The position numbers and the translations under genes were made by a program. Positions 41,926-51,685 of a stretch of DNA of 64,000 nucleotides are shown piece after piece (position 1 is the stretch's first letter; every line of letters starts with the position of its first letter). Below the pieces are notes generated by a model. The model had not been told where the DNA came from, ran no database searches, and saw only the letters and a list, made by a program, of their open reading frames with translations. Origin of the DNA: a candidate division FCPU426 bacterium (lineage in GTDB: Bacteria > Oederibacteriota > JAAXVQ01 > JAUVAV01); assembly GCA_040756875.1 (NCBI GenBank), contig JBFLYH010000001.1, forward strand, positions 1,372,878-1,436,877, written 5' to 3'.

Positions 41926-44900
41926 CTATTTGATGATTGCCACCTTCTTCTTCTGATCCACAACCACCCGGCCAGCCGCATCCGTCACCTGGATCCGGCA
42001 CAGGTAGATGCCCGGCGCGATACCAGCGGCGTCCCAGATTGTGGTCAGGGTCTGCCCTGCCCCTCCCTGCTTGCGGTCCGTGATCCGCGCCACCCGTTCG
42101 CCGGTCAGGCGGTACACATCGATGGTCACGCTCGCCTGCCCGGTCACGGTATAGGCGAAGGTGACGTGCCCCCTGGCCGGATTGGGATACGTGACCACTT
42201 TATGTTCACCCAGCCACGGCGTGGGGGTCGGCGTCGGCGTGGGGGTATTGGTGTTTACAACCGGGGTCGGCGTGTCTGCGGCCGCCGTCGGCGTGAAGGT
42301 GGGCGTGGTCGTGGGCGTGAACGTCGGGCTGTTGGCTACGTACAGCGCCTGCCAACCCCCGGCCGAACTGCCGACGACCTCAGGCAGGCAGATCCGGACC
42401 CAATCCACTTCCAGGCCGCTGCCGGCCAGCCCTTCGGCGACCAGCTGCACCCTGAAGGCGTGCGTCCCGGTCCAGCCGGTGACAGCCGCAAGATCATAGG
42501 CGAACCGGCCGGTCTGGCTCTGGCTCGAGTTGAGATCCCAGTATTGCCACGCTCCGCCCTCCTCCTGAATTCCCACTTTCCAGGTCGTGTCAGGCAGCAC
42601 CGAAGCCACCGCCAGCTCCACGTAGCGATAGACCGAAACATCGCAGGTGATCAGCGGCGACAAGGTCTTGCCCCAGTTGCTCTCCGCCGTGCGGGTGATG
42701 GAAGCCAGGGATGCGGTATAGCTGTACGAAAGCTGGGCGTTAAACTGGCTGTCGTCCGTTTCATCCAGCCAGCCGGCAGGCTGGTCGGGCGCCGTTCCCA
42801 CAAAGTCTTCGCGCCAGGCCTCGGCCGGAACCTGCGTCGGCGTCACGGTCAAGGTGGCGCTGGACGTCGGCGTGGCGGTCGGCGTCAGGCTGGACGTGGG
42901 GGTGATCGTGGGCGTGATCGTGGAGGTCACGGATCGCGAAGGCGTAACGGTCACGGTCGGGGTCATCAGGTCGCTGAATATCCTGACCCAGTCCACATAG
43001 ACCGCCGTGTATTGCCCTTCTATGGTCAACTGAACATAAAAGTCATGCGTGCCCGCCCAGCCTGTAATGCCGGGAATGTCAAAAGTGAATATCCCCGTCT
43101 GGGACGAACTCGTGTTGCAATCCCAATAGTTCCAACTGCCGCCGATTTCCTGGATGCCCAGCTTCCAGGTGGGATTCTGCGAGAGACTGTCGATCTTTAT
43201 CGAGACTTTCCTATATAAGCTGACATCGCAGTGCATGGCAGGGGACAATGCTTTCCCCCAGGACGCAATCGAGCCGAGAGAAATATATCCGCTTCCCAGG
43301 TCCGCGGCGAAAGCGACATTGTCGGTGGAATCCTGCCACAGCGCCGAGGGCGGGGTAAATTCGTCCCGCCAGAATTCTTCCGGCATAGGCGTCGGATTGG
43401 GCGTGGGGGTTGAAGTCGGAGGCGTAAACCCGTCGGCCACGAAATGCTTGGCGTAAATGTGCTTGTTCGATCCGTTGGATTCGGCAAAAGCGGCAAACGG
43501 CATGGTATAGGCCAGACCCACGGTGGAGGTGTCCGCTCCCTGATAGGGATCAAGGTTCAGACTGCCGCTGGCCAAAGCCCACTGGCCTCCGTCCCACTTC
43601 TTGACATAAATCTGATTGTCTTCGCCCCAAGTAACAAACAGATTGACGCCGTCGGAAGCCAGCCGGGGATGGTCGCCCACCTGGCTCTCAGCCAGGTTCA
43701 AATAGCTGCCAAGCATATTCCAGTCCGTGCCGTTCCACTGTTTGACAAACACTTTTCCGCTTTCCAGCCAGGCTGCGGTTGGCAGGCCGTCATGGATGAT
43801 GATCTCCGGTTGGTCGGCGCTCTGGCCGGAGTCCACATTCAGCACACCGCCATTCTGCACCCACTGGCTGCCGTTCCAATGCTTGACGTATAATTTGGAC
43901 GATTCATGCCAAATCACGTAGGGTGTCTCTCCATCCAGGGCGATGGCGGGATTCGCCACTTCGTCGGTCGAAACAGCATTAAGCGCGCCGCCGAGGGTCA
44001 CCCAGGTGGCGCCATTCAAATAGCAGGCAAAAGTCTGATAATTGGTCCGCGGATACTCCCTGCGCTCGCGGTAGGCGACCCAGGGAACGCCGCTGGCCGA
44101 CCCCGCGATGCGCGGCTGGCCGGTCTGATACCACTCATAAGCGCCGATTAATCCGCCCAGGCGCTGCCAATCTCCGTTCATGAAACACTTGACGTAGACG
44201 TTCTCATGCCCTGTATCCCCTTCAGTCCAGGCGGCATAGGGCAAGCCGCTGATCATGGTCAGATTCAAATCAGCCGCCATGTTCCACCCCTGATAGGAGG
44301 GAACGCGGGTCACCATGTTCAGCTTGGTTCCCAGCAGCTCCCACGCGCCGCTTCCGGCATAACGCTTGACGTACAAACTGTTGATTTTCCCGCTCACCGC
44401 CGGTTCTTCCCAGCTGACGTAAGGAATGCCGTTGAGCATGGCCAGCCGCGGGTTGCGGGCGTTTAGAATGATATTGACGTTCAAGCTTCCGCCGTCTGAC
44501 AGCCATTGACCCGGGATCGTCACGGGCGTGGGGGTATAGGTGGGGCTGGCCGTGGGCGTCGGCGTGGCGGTTGCAGTGAGGGTGATGGTTTGCGTGATGG
44601 TGATTGTCGGCGTGGGCGTTATCGTGGCCGTCTCGGCCTGGGTCGGGGTCACGGTGGCAGTGACCGTAGGCGTCGGGGTGGGCGTGTTCAGCGTCGAAGA
44701 CGGAATAATCCTTATGTAATCCAGGGTGGCGCTGTCTCCGGGCCCATAGGCAAGCACATCCACCTTGATGACGAACTCGGACTGGTCCATGTATCCCGTG
44801 TAATAACTCCACAGATCCCGGATGTTGTATTGTTTGGTGCCAGTGCCGTAGAACCACAATCCGCCATAAGTCGCCTGGCGTTCGCCCGCTTCCCGCAATT

Positions 44901-47900
44901 GAACGGCCAGCGCGTAAATGTGGTTCACGCCCGATACGCTGACCTCCAAGGTATCGTAAACGCTGGTGTCGAGGTTTTTGACGACTGCCGACCAGGTTTC
45001 ACCCGTGGAATCCGCCGTTAAAGCGATGGTCGCTTGCGTGCCGCCGTCCCCTGTGAAGGAGCATTCATGCACCGACCAGCCTTCGGGCCGCTGTCCGGCC
45101 GGACCGGTGAAGTGGTCGAGATATCCAGCCGGGCCCTCGGGATGAATGCGAAGATAATCGAGTTTTCCAACCGTCGCGCCCTGCGGCCCATTGGCCCAGA
45201 CTTTGACAAAAATGGCCGAGAGGTCCTGTCCGGCCGCGATGTCGTGGAGGCGCACGCGGTGCGTTCCGGGCGTATTGAGCCCCGCGAAAGCGGTAATATA
45301 GGGGCCGTTGATGATCTGGATGCCGACGTCAAAATAGCAATTCGCGTTGACTTGCTCGACTTTTATTTCCAATACATCGTTCACAGTGGTGTTCAGTCCC
45401 CGGATGTCAGGCGACCAAATGTCGCCGTACGTCCGGTCCGGATCGAGCGTGATGGCGGCGTAGGTCGCGCCGTCGGACGTCAGGGTGGCGCCGCTGGCGG
45501 GCGAATTGCTTTTATCGCGCCACCCGGAAGGAATTTGCCCGTTCGTCCCCTTCAGGTGATCCGTATACCCTTCATTCCCCACCACCCGCACGTACTCCAG
45601 GGTTGCGGCCCCGCTGCGCGCCGAATCGTTGGGCCAAAACTTGATTGAAAACCGCGACAGGTCGGCTCCCGGCGCGAGGCTGTTCAAATCCACGTAATAA
45701 ACCCCAGCCGTCGTGGCCCGCAACGCCCCAAAATATTGGAAGCTGCCTGTCTCCTGCTGAATACCCACATCCAGATAGTCGCAGGTGAGACTGTCGATTT
45801 TGATCTCCAGGACGTGGAAAACCTGGGTGTCCAGGTTGGTGATCACGGGAGAGATCACGTCCCCGTAGGTGTCCAGGGGATCCAAGGTGATTACGGCTTG
45901 AGAGGCGCCATTGTCTTCGATCCGGGCGTTATACTCCCCCCAGGCCATGCGGTCGCGCCAGCCTTCGGGTTTTTCACCCGCCGCGCCTCCGAAGTGCTCC
46001 TCATACCCGTCCGGCGTGGGCGTGACCACCGGAACCGGCGGATGCTGGACAAAACGGACGTAATCCAAAACCGCGTCACTGGCGGCCGGCGTGCCGTTAA
46101 GCCACATTTTGACGGTCATGGCGCTCAAATCGGCCTCGGCCGGCACCCGGTCGAGTTTTGCCCGCCAGATGCCGCCGTCATTCACGCGGGCAATCAACCC
46201 GTAGTCCTGGAAGTTGTTGGTTTGGGTGTTCCGCGCCAGCAGGCCGACATCCACCCAGGCGCCGGACGTCACTCCGTCGACTTTGAATTCCAGGGCATCG
46301 TAGGTTGCGCGGTCGTGCTGGTAAATCATCGGGCCGGCGATGTTGCCGTAACTGCTGCCGCCGAGCAGGCGGATGGTCGCCTGGCTCGAGCCATTGCCCT
46401 GGAACGTGGCGTTGTATTCGTTGGAATTCGAACTGTCGTTCCAGCTGGCCGGAACCTGTCCGGCCGGGCCGGTAAAGTGGTCGTCGAACGCCGGATCGGG
46501 ATTCGGAGTGATCTTGATGTAATCCAATTTAACGGCCGCGTTCCCGGCCGGGCCGTTGATCCACAGCCGGAACGCGAACGCGGACATGTCCAGGTCGCCT
46601 TTAATGGCGTTCAGATCCACGCGGTAGGTGCCCGGATGATCAAGGCGGTGCATGCAGTTGTTCTGCCGGTGGCTGCCACGCTGTTCGTTCAGGGTGACGT
46701 CCAGCCAAGTGTTGGGCGTGACCTCCTTGATCCGGATCTCCAGTTGATTGTACGCCGTGGGGTCCAGATTGACGAAAATAGGCGTCCGCACCTGGCTGTA
46801 GTTATTGACGCCCGGACGCAAGGAGACGGTCGCCGTGGAGTCTCCGTTGCGGGTGATGGTCGCGTTGGAGATGTTGGGGTCCTGCCAATCCGTGTAGTCT
46901 TCCCAGTTGGCCGGCAGGGTGGCGGCCGGCCCGTCAAACTCTTCGAGATACCCGGCCTGGGCCGGCGCGGGTTCGAACGCCAGGTCATCCACGTAGGCGC
47001 GGTACGCTTCTCCGTGCAGGTTCCAGTCAGGGTCGTCGAATGCCACGTAAATCTCGTGGATTTCCTTCGCGCCGCCGTTCAGGAGCGGAGTAAGATCGAC
47101 TTCCACCAGGTTCCAGGCGTTGGCCGGATTATTCGCGACCTGGCGGGCGCTGGGATGAACGCCGATCCCATTCTGGTCCAGCAGCCCGGAGTCCCGCAAA
47201 TACTGCCGGTTGGACGGCACGTTGGGATCGGCGCCAGCTGCCGTATACATGAAATCAACGGCCACGCACTTGTTTCCGTCGTCAGCGCGCCCCGGGTCGT
47301 CGTAATGGTAGATGTAATAGCGCAGCTTCATGCCCGGCGTGACGGTGATTTTATGATAAGGAATGAGGACGTCGTTGAACAGCCAGGAATAGCAATAGGG
47401 ATTTCCGGGGCCGGTCAGATCCACTTTCCCGGATGCGACCAGGTAATCGCTGCCCGTGCGCGGGAGCACGTTGCGGTTGCCGGTATACGCCCGGGTGCAC
47501 AGCGGCGCGCCGTATTCCGCCGGATCATAGCCCGCGACATTGTTGCGCGAATCGTAGACATTGTCATACCCCATGGCCTCCCCGGCCTCCCACCCCGCGG
47601 CAATGGGATGGATGCTCCCACCCGTGGGCGGTTTGGGCGGCAGGGCGTTGTACTGGGCGATGAGGTCCACGTAGTTCTTGATATTCGTGCCGCGCGCGGG
47701 TTCAAACAACTGCCCGATGGTGTACCACCCCAGCCCGCTGAAATCCAGGGTTTGCAGATTCTGAAACACATCCTGCATTTGGGCGAAGCTGTTGAGGCCG
47801 CCGTTTTCACCGTACAATTTGGCCGTGGGGCCCCAGATGTCCCTCGCCGTCTGGGCATAGTATTTGGGGGCCGACCAGTCGCTCCGCAGGGGGCTGTCGT

Positions 47901-50547
47901 TCCAGGCCGCGCCGCTGAAGCGGTCCGGATGTTCCCAGTCGTTCCACACCACTTCCATGCCGGTATCGGCGAAATACACGTTGCTGAGGTCGACGGTCGG
48001 ATCGTTTTTAAGGGCCTGGAGGTAACGGTCCACGGCAAACCCGCGGCTGACCCAGTACGCGTTCTTCGTTTTGCCCGAAAGGTCGTTGTTGATTTCCGCC
48101 TCAATGTCGCCCGGCCGCGTGGCATCGCCCCCGCCCATCAGAATCAAGCGGCCGCTGTAATGGGCGCGGATTTCGGCGATCTGCCACTTCAACGCGCTGA
48201 CGAGGCCGCCGTAGTACCAATTGATGAACTGCTCGGCCTGGCTGTGATCGGCGCCCGGGTGGTCGAGGTCTGCCAGGGAGAACCCGTCGAAATCCATGGT
48301 TCCCTGCCCGCTGTTGTCGTAGGTCGTGAGGCTGGCGTCCAGGTAAGCCAGTTGGGCGTCGGCCGGACTGGTCAACTCGTGCCGGAAATCCTTCCAGCCT
48401 TCGGCCGAATATTTTTTCACCCATACTTGTCCGGCTTCCAACCAGGCCAGATACGGGGTGGCGCCTTGCACCGCCAGTTCGGGATAGCTGGCGTGGACCA
48501 TGCCGTTGGCGTTCAATAGGCCGCCGACGCGTTCCCAGTCGCCGCCGTTCCACTTTTTGCAGTACAGCTTTTGCGTCTCGTTCTGCAGGATGCCCTCGAA
48601 CCACACGGCGTAAGGCGTTTCTCCGGCAAAGGCGATGTCCGGGTAATCGGCAAAGAGCTGGGGATTCAGGGTCAGGTTTCCGCCCACCAGGGTCCAATCG
48701 GCGCCGTTCCAGCGTCTGACGTGGATTTGCATGTTTCCATCGCTGGTAATGACATACGGTTCATTGGCGGGAGACAAGGCCAGATTGGGGCGCTTGCCCG
48801 TGCTCAGGCTTGATCCCAGCAGCTGCCACGAACTCCCGTTGAATCGTTTGACGTAGATCCAGAGCCCCGAGCCTCTCCCCACCTCGTTCCAGGCGACGAC
48901 CGGCTGGCTGTCCGACCCGATGGCCAGCCGGGGCATGACGGGAATGATGCTCGAATCGTTGTCCGACACCACGACCAAGTCCCCTCCCACCAAACTCCAT
49001 TTGTTGCTTTCGAATTTCTTCACGTAAATCCGGTAGGGGTAGCCGTTGTTCTGCGACCAGACCACATAGGGCGTGCCGTTGTGGACGGCGATATCCGAGA
49101 ATTGGTTGCCGCCGCACGGCAGTTTGCTGAGATAGGTGCCCAACGCCTGCCAGGAACTGCCATTGAATTTCTTGACCGCGATGTAACCGTCGCCGGTGCG
49201 GCGGTAGCTCACGTAAGGCGTGCCGTTGAAGGCCGCGATCCTCGGGAAGGTGCCGGTGGCCACCTGCCCGCCGACCGCCTGCCAGGCGGCGCCGTTCCAC
49301 ATTTTGACCTGCAAGGAAGTCCCGGCCTGGGCATAGACCACGTAAGTCTTCTGGTCGACCGGATCAATGGCCAGGTGTCCCTTGCCTTCCCACGAGGAAA
49401 CGGCCTGGGCATTGGGCGAATTGCCCTGCCAGGCCCAGACATCGGCTTCGGCTTGATACGCCAGGGTGGTGGCGCCGATGGCGTCCGCGAAATACAGGCG
49501 CAGATTGCCGCTGGCGTTGGCGGAGGCCTGCCGGGCCATACCCGTCAGGCGGTAGCGCGTCCCGCTCCGCACCGGCATCTCCTGGCGCAGATGGTAATTC
49601 GTTCCGGCCGCGCTCTGGTAACGCAGCCAGCGGCTGCCTTCGCCGGCCTGGTTCGGGTCCTGGATGACCTGGGGGTTCCAGCCCGAACCCAGGGCATGGC
49701 AATCCCGCGCGCTCCACCAGTTGGCGATGGTCCCGGAATAGAAAGTATCCTCGAAGCCGCCGTTCACCAGCCGCTGGCCGGTTCCGGCCTGCGTGGCCGG
49801 CATCCAGCCCGGCACCGGGCAGGCGGCCTGGGCGTCGTTTTCGTAGGCCCAATAGCAGTTCCAATTCCCGTAGTAATCCTCGCCCCGGCTGTCGCCCGGC
49901 CGGTCCAAGCGCTTGACCGGATTAAGGCCTGGAAAGGCCACTTCCCCGAATTGGCCGCTGGAAATATAGATTGCCCACAGGCTGTCCTTCAGGTCCGCAA
50001 ACTCAGTCAGCACTTGGTGGATATAGGCGCAGACCCGGTTCTGGTAATTCGCATCCCAAAGGCTGACTTGGGTGTTATATTGTTCCTCCTCATCCAGCCG
50101 ATTGTCCACCAGGTCCGGCTCCCATTCCCGGCCATATTGATTCTTGTACCGCACGTTGCCTTCGTCTTTATAGTATTTCGGCACGGGAAAGGGATTGATG
50201 CGCAAGACGACCTGAAACCCGGCGTTTTGGTAGTGTTGAATTTCAAGCCGTTTCTGGTTCAGGTAATGGGCGTTCCAGTTTCCATCGTTCTGATAATCCG
50301 CCCAGCGGATATAGACGTTGCGGAGGTTGATCCCCCGGTCATGTTCATCCAGAAGATAGCGGAAATCCGTGGGTACACCGTGCATGCTTTCCTTATTGGT
50401 ATTCACTCTGGGATCTTTGGCATAGGGAACCAGGTAGTGATAGGATTCATCCCAAGCCGTTCCGAAATCATATGAATGGCCCGGCGTTTGAAAAGCAGAC
50501 AAGGCCAGCACGGTCATCCCAGCGATAAGCCATTTTTTCCAAGCCAT
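41926..50547 (-). CDS. Giant secreted multidomain protein (~2870 aa): GH14/GH42-like barrel with nested CBM-like/propeller insert, 5 diverged + 2 closer modules, second propeller, T9SS-like CTD
   Basis: Paralog of 31035..40526 at the N-terminus ([31 protein letters not shown]); W(N/D)G..W..(V/L)GG blades; YPNP...KKVAIIK. Start placed at ATG 50547 (ORF track 50580). Confidence 0.8.
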   Translation of the reverse strand: MAWKKWLIAGMTVLALSAFQTPGHSYDFGTAWDESYHYLVPYAKDPRVNTNKESMHGVPTDFRYLLDEHDRGINLRNVYIRWADYQNDGNWNAHYLNQKRLEIQHYQNAGFQVVLRINPFPVPKYYKDEGNVRYKNQYGREWEPDLVDNRLDEEEQYNTQVSLWDANYQNRVCAYIHQVLTEFADLKDSLWAIYISSGQFGEVAFPGLNPVKRLDRPGDSRGEDYYGNWNCYWAYENDAQAACPVPGWMPATQAGTGQRLVNGGFEDTFYSGTIANWWSARDCHALGSGWNPQVIQDPNQAGEGSRWLRYQSAAGTNYHLRQEMPVRSGTRYRLTGMARQASANASGNLRLYFADAIGATTLAYQAEADVWAWQGNSPNAQAVSSWEGKGHLAIDPVDQKTYVVYAQAGTSLQVKMWNGAAWQAVGGQVATGTFPRIAAFNGTPYVSYRRTGDGYIAVKKFNGSSWQALGTYLSKLPCGGNQFSDIAVHNGTPYVVWSQNNGYPYRIYVKKFESNKWSLVGGDLVVVSDNDSSIIPVMPRLAIGSDSQPVVAWNEVGRGSGLWIYVKRFNGSSWQLLGSSLSTGKRPNLALSPANEPYVITSDGNMQIHVRRWNGADWTLVGGNLTLNPQLFADYPDIAFAGETPYAVWFEGILQNETQKLYCKKWNGGDWERVGGLLNANGMVHASYPELAVQGATPYLAWLEAGQVWVKKYSAEGWKDFRHELTSPADAQLAYLDASLTTYDNSGQGTMDFDGFSLADLDHPGADHSQAEQFINWYYGGLVSALKWQIAEIRAHYSGRLILMGGGDATRPGDIEAEINNDLSGKTKNAYWVSRGFAVDRYLQALKNDPTVDLSNVYFADTGMEVVWNDWEHPDRFSGAAWNDSPLRSDWSAPKYYAQTARDIWGPTAKLYGENGGLNSFAQMQDVFQNLQTLDFSGLGWYTIGQLFEPARGTNIKNYVDLIAQYNALPPKPPTGGSIHPIAAGWEAGEAMGYDNVYDSRNNVAGYDPAEYGAPLCTRAYTGNRNVLPRTGSDYLVASGKVDLTGPGNPYCYSWLFNDVLIPYHKITVTPGMKLRYYIYHYDDPGRADDGNKCVAVDFMYTAAGADPNVPSNRQYLRDSGLLDQNGIGVHPSARQVANNPANAWNLVEVDLTPLLNGGAKEIHEIYVAFDDPDWNLHGEAYRAYVDDLAFEPAPAQAGYLEEFDGPAATLPANWEDYTDWQDPNISNATITRNGDSTATVSLRPGVNNYSQVRTPIFVNLDPTAYNQLEIRIKEVTPNTWLDVTLNEQRGSHRQNNCMHRLDHPGTYRVDLNAIKGDLDMSAFAFRLWINGPAGNAAVKLDYIKITPNPDPAFDDHFTGPAGQVPASWNDSSNSNEYNATFQGNGSSQATIRLLGGSSYGNIAGPMIYQHDRATYDALEFKVDGVTSGAWVDVGLLARNTQTNNFQDYGLIARVNDGGIWRAKLDRVPAEADLSAMTVKMWLNGTPAASDAVLDYVRFVQHPPVPVVTPTPDGYEEHFGGAAGEKPEGWRDRMAWGEYNARIEDNGASQAVITLDPLDTYGDVISPVITNLDTQVFHVLEIKIDSLTCDYLDVGIQQETGSFQYFGALRATTAGVYYVDLNSLAPGADLSRFSIKFWPNDSARSGAATLEYVRVVGNEGYTDHLKGTNGQIPSGWRDKSNSPASGATLTSDGATYAAITLDPDRTYGDIWSPDIRGLNTTVNDVLEIKVEQVNANCYFDVGIQIINGPYITAFAGLNTPGTHRVRLHDIAAGQDLSAIFVKVWANGPQGATVGKLDYLRIHPEGPAGYLDHFTGPAGQRPEGWSVHECSFTGDGGTQATIALTADSTGETWSAVVKNLDTSVYDTLEVSVSGVNHIYALAVQLREAGERQATYGGLWFYGTGTKQYNIRDLWSYYTGYMDQSEFVIKVDVLAYGPGDSATLDYIRIIPSSTLNTPTPTPTVTATVTPTQAETATITPTPTITITQTITLTATATPTPTASPTYTPTPVTIPGQWLSDGGSLNVNIILNARNPRLAMLNGIPYVSWEEPAVSGKINSLYVKRYAGSGAWELLGTKLNMVTRVPSYQGWNMAADLNLTMISGLPYAAWTEGDTGHENVYVKCFMNGDWQRLGGLIGAYEWYQTGQPRIAGSASGVPWVAYRERREYPRTNYQTFACYLNGATWVTLGGALNAVSTDEVANPAIALDGETPYVIWHESSKLYVKHWNGSQWVQNGGVLNVDSGQSADQPEIIIHDGLPTAAWLESGKVFVKQWNGTDWNMLGSYLNLAESQVGDHPRLASDGVNLFVTWGEDNQIYVKKWDGGQWALASGSLNLDPYQGADTSTVGLAYTMPFAAFAESNGSNKHIYAKHFVADGFTPPTSTPTPNPTPMPEEFWRDEFTPPSALWQDSTDNVAFAADLGSGYISLGSIASWGKALSPAMHCDVSLYRKVSIKIDSLSQNPTWKLGIQEIGGSWNYWDCNTSSSQTGIFTFDIPGITGWAGTHDFYVQLTIEGQYTAVYVDWVRIFSDLMTPTVTVTPSRSVTSTITPTITPTSSLTPTATPTSSATLTVTPTQVPAEAWREDFVGTAPDQPAGWLDETDDSQFNAQLSYSYTASLASITRTAESNWGKTLSPLITCDVSVYRYVELAVASVLPDTTWKVGIQEEGGAWQYWDLNSSQSQTGRFAYDLAAVTGWTGTHAFRVQLVAEGLAGSGLEVDWVRICLPEVVGSSAGGWQALYVANSPTFTPTTTPTFTPTAAADTPTPVVNTNTPTPTPTPTPWLGEHKVVTYPNPARGHVTFAYTVTGQASVTIDVYRLTGERVARITDRKQGGAGQTLTTIWDAAGIAPGIYLCRIQVTDAAGRVVVDQKKKVAIIK

Positions 50548-50622
50548 GGAAGTACCCCCCGAATGATGTTTCCGTAACACCTGTATATATAATGAATCGC
50601 AATGGATATTGTTAACCAGAGG

Positions 50623-50651
50623 TTAGACTAGGCAGGACGCGGTTTATAACA
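50623..50651 (-). promoter_or_regulatory. ECF-type promoter
   Basis: TGTTAT-N17-GTCTAA, identical boxes and spacing to 40717..40745. Confidence 0.7.
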
Positions 50652-50656
50652 GGACT

Positions 50657-50696
50657 AAAAAAAGAAAAGCCCTCCGGCTGGCAACCGGAGGACTTT
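50657..50696 (-). terminator. Intrinsic terminator after 50720..51664
   Basis: CCTCCGG/CCGGAGG stem followed by GCTTTTCTTTTTTT. Confidence 0.8.
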
Positions 50697-50719
50697 GACA
50701 GGCAAAAGGCGATAACGCT

Positions 50720-51664
50720 TTAAAAATGCACTCCCACGCTGAATTGGTGGGCCGTGCCCAGGTCTCCAAAAGCAGCCAGGGCGTAATCCACCACCAACAA
50801 TTCGCCGCGGATGCCCAGCCCCAGGGTCAGGCCGGTCGAACCGCCCAAGCCTCCGGTTTCGCGGATTTTATAACCCAAGCGCAGGGCGTAATTCGTGTAC
50901 CAGTATTCGGTTCCCAGATTCGCGGACACGTACCGGGTATCTCCGAAGGGAACGTCCACGTCCAAAAGCACGTTCCAACTGTCCTTGTCGAACAATTGGA
51001 CCGGCAGTTTATAGGCCGCGCCCACCTTGGCCGCCAGGGGCAGGTTGAAATCCAGCACCGGCGTGCCCAGGTTGCGCACCACGGCGCCCAGCTGCAGGTT
51101 CAGGACCGGCGGCTTGACCAGCACGCCCGCGTCAAAGGCCACGGCTGAATAGCTCTCGGTGTCGATGGTCTGCGAAAAATACTTTATCGTCGCGCCTACG
51201 GCCACCATGGGCACCAGCCACTGGCCGTACCCGGCGGAAAAGGCCAGCACCGACGGCGTGAAATCCCCCTGCGCTTCCGGCAGGCCGTCGCTTCCCACCA
51301 CGTATCTGGAAAATTGGCCGTAATTAATGTACATGAGGTTCGCGCCCAGGCCCGAACCGCCGAATATATTTTGGGCGTAGGCGAGGTATTCCACCGAAGT
51401 ACCCTGGAGATAAATGTTGTGCATGAACCCGGCTTCGATCCCGCCAATCTGGGCCAGGCCGGCGGGGTTCCAGGCCGTGGCATTGACATCGTCGGCCTTG
51501 GCGATGAAAGCCTCGCCCATGGCCACGGGCCTTGACCCCAACCCCAGCCCCAGTTCAGAGGCGCCCACCTTGCCGGCCGCAAAATCCGTCTGATCGGCCC
51601 ATCCAGCCGCCACCCAAACGGCAGCCGCGCCCAGCGCGGCGATCAAGTGATGCCAACGGATCAT
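50720..51664 (-). CDS. PorV/PorQ-family outer-membrane beta-barrel (paralog of 40818..41768)
   Basis: GKVGASEL.LGLG.RPVAMGEA, WNPAGLAQ, AGFMHNIYL and EYLAYAQN shared with the paralog; C-terminal Phe; 21 bp downstream of the six-module gene. Confidence 0.82.
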   Translation of the reverse strand: MIRWHHLIAALGAAAVWVAAGWADQTDFAAGKVGASELGLGLGSRPVAMGEAFIAKADDVNATAWNPAGLAQIGGIEAGFMHNIYLQGTSVEYLAYAQNIFGGSGLGANLMYINYGQFSRYVVGSDGLPEAQGDFTPSVLAFSAGYGQWLVPMVAVGATIKYFSQTIDTESYSAVAFDAGVLVKPPVLNLQLGAVVRNLGTPVLDFNLPLAAKVGAAYKLPVQLFDKDSWNVLLDVDVPFGDTRYVSANLGTEYWYTNYALRLGYKIRETGGLGGSTGLTLGLGIRGELLVVDYALAAFGDLGTAHQFSVGVHF

Positions 51665-51685
51665 GACGTTCCTCCTGTCATCCGA

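Noticed and set aside
45736-48519. 927-aa plus-strand ORF, and other long plus-strand ORFs such as 1004..2179, 8289..9806, 29185..30774 and 61259..62821
   Set aside because: Antisense shadows of well-supported minus-strand genes in GC-rich DNA; no recognisable motifs.
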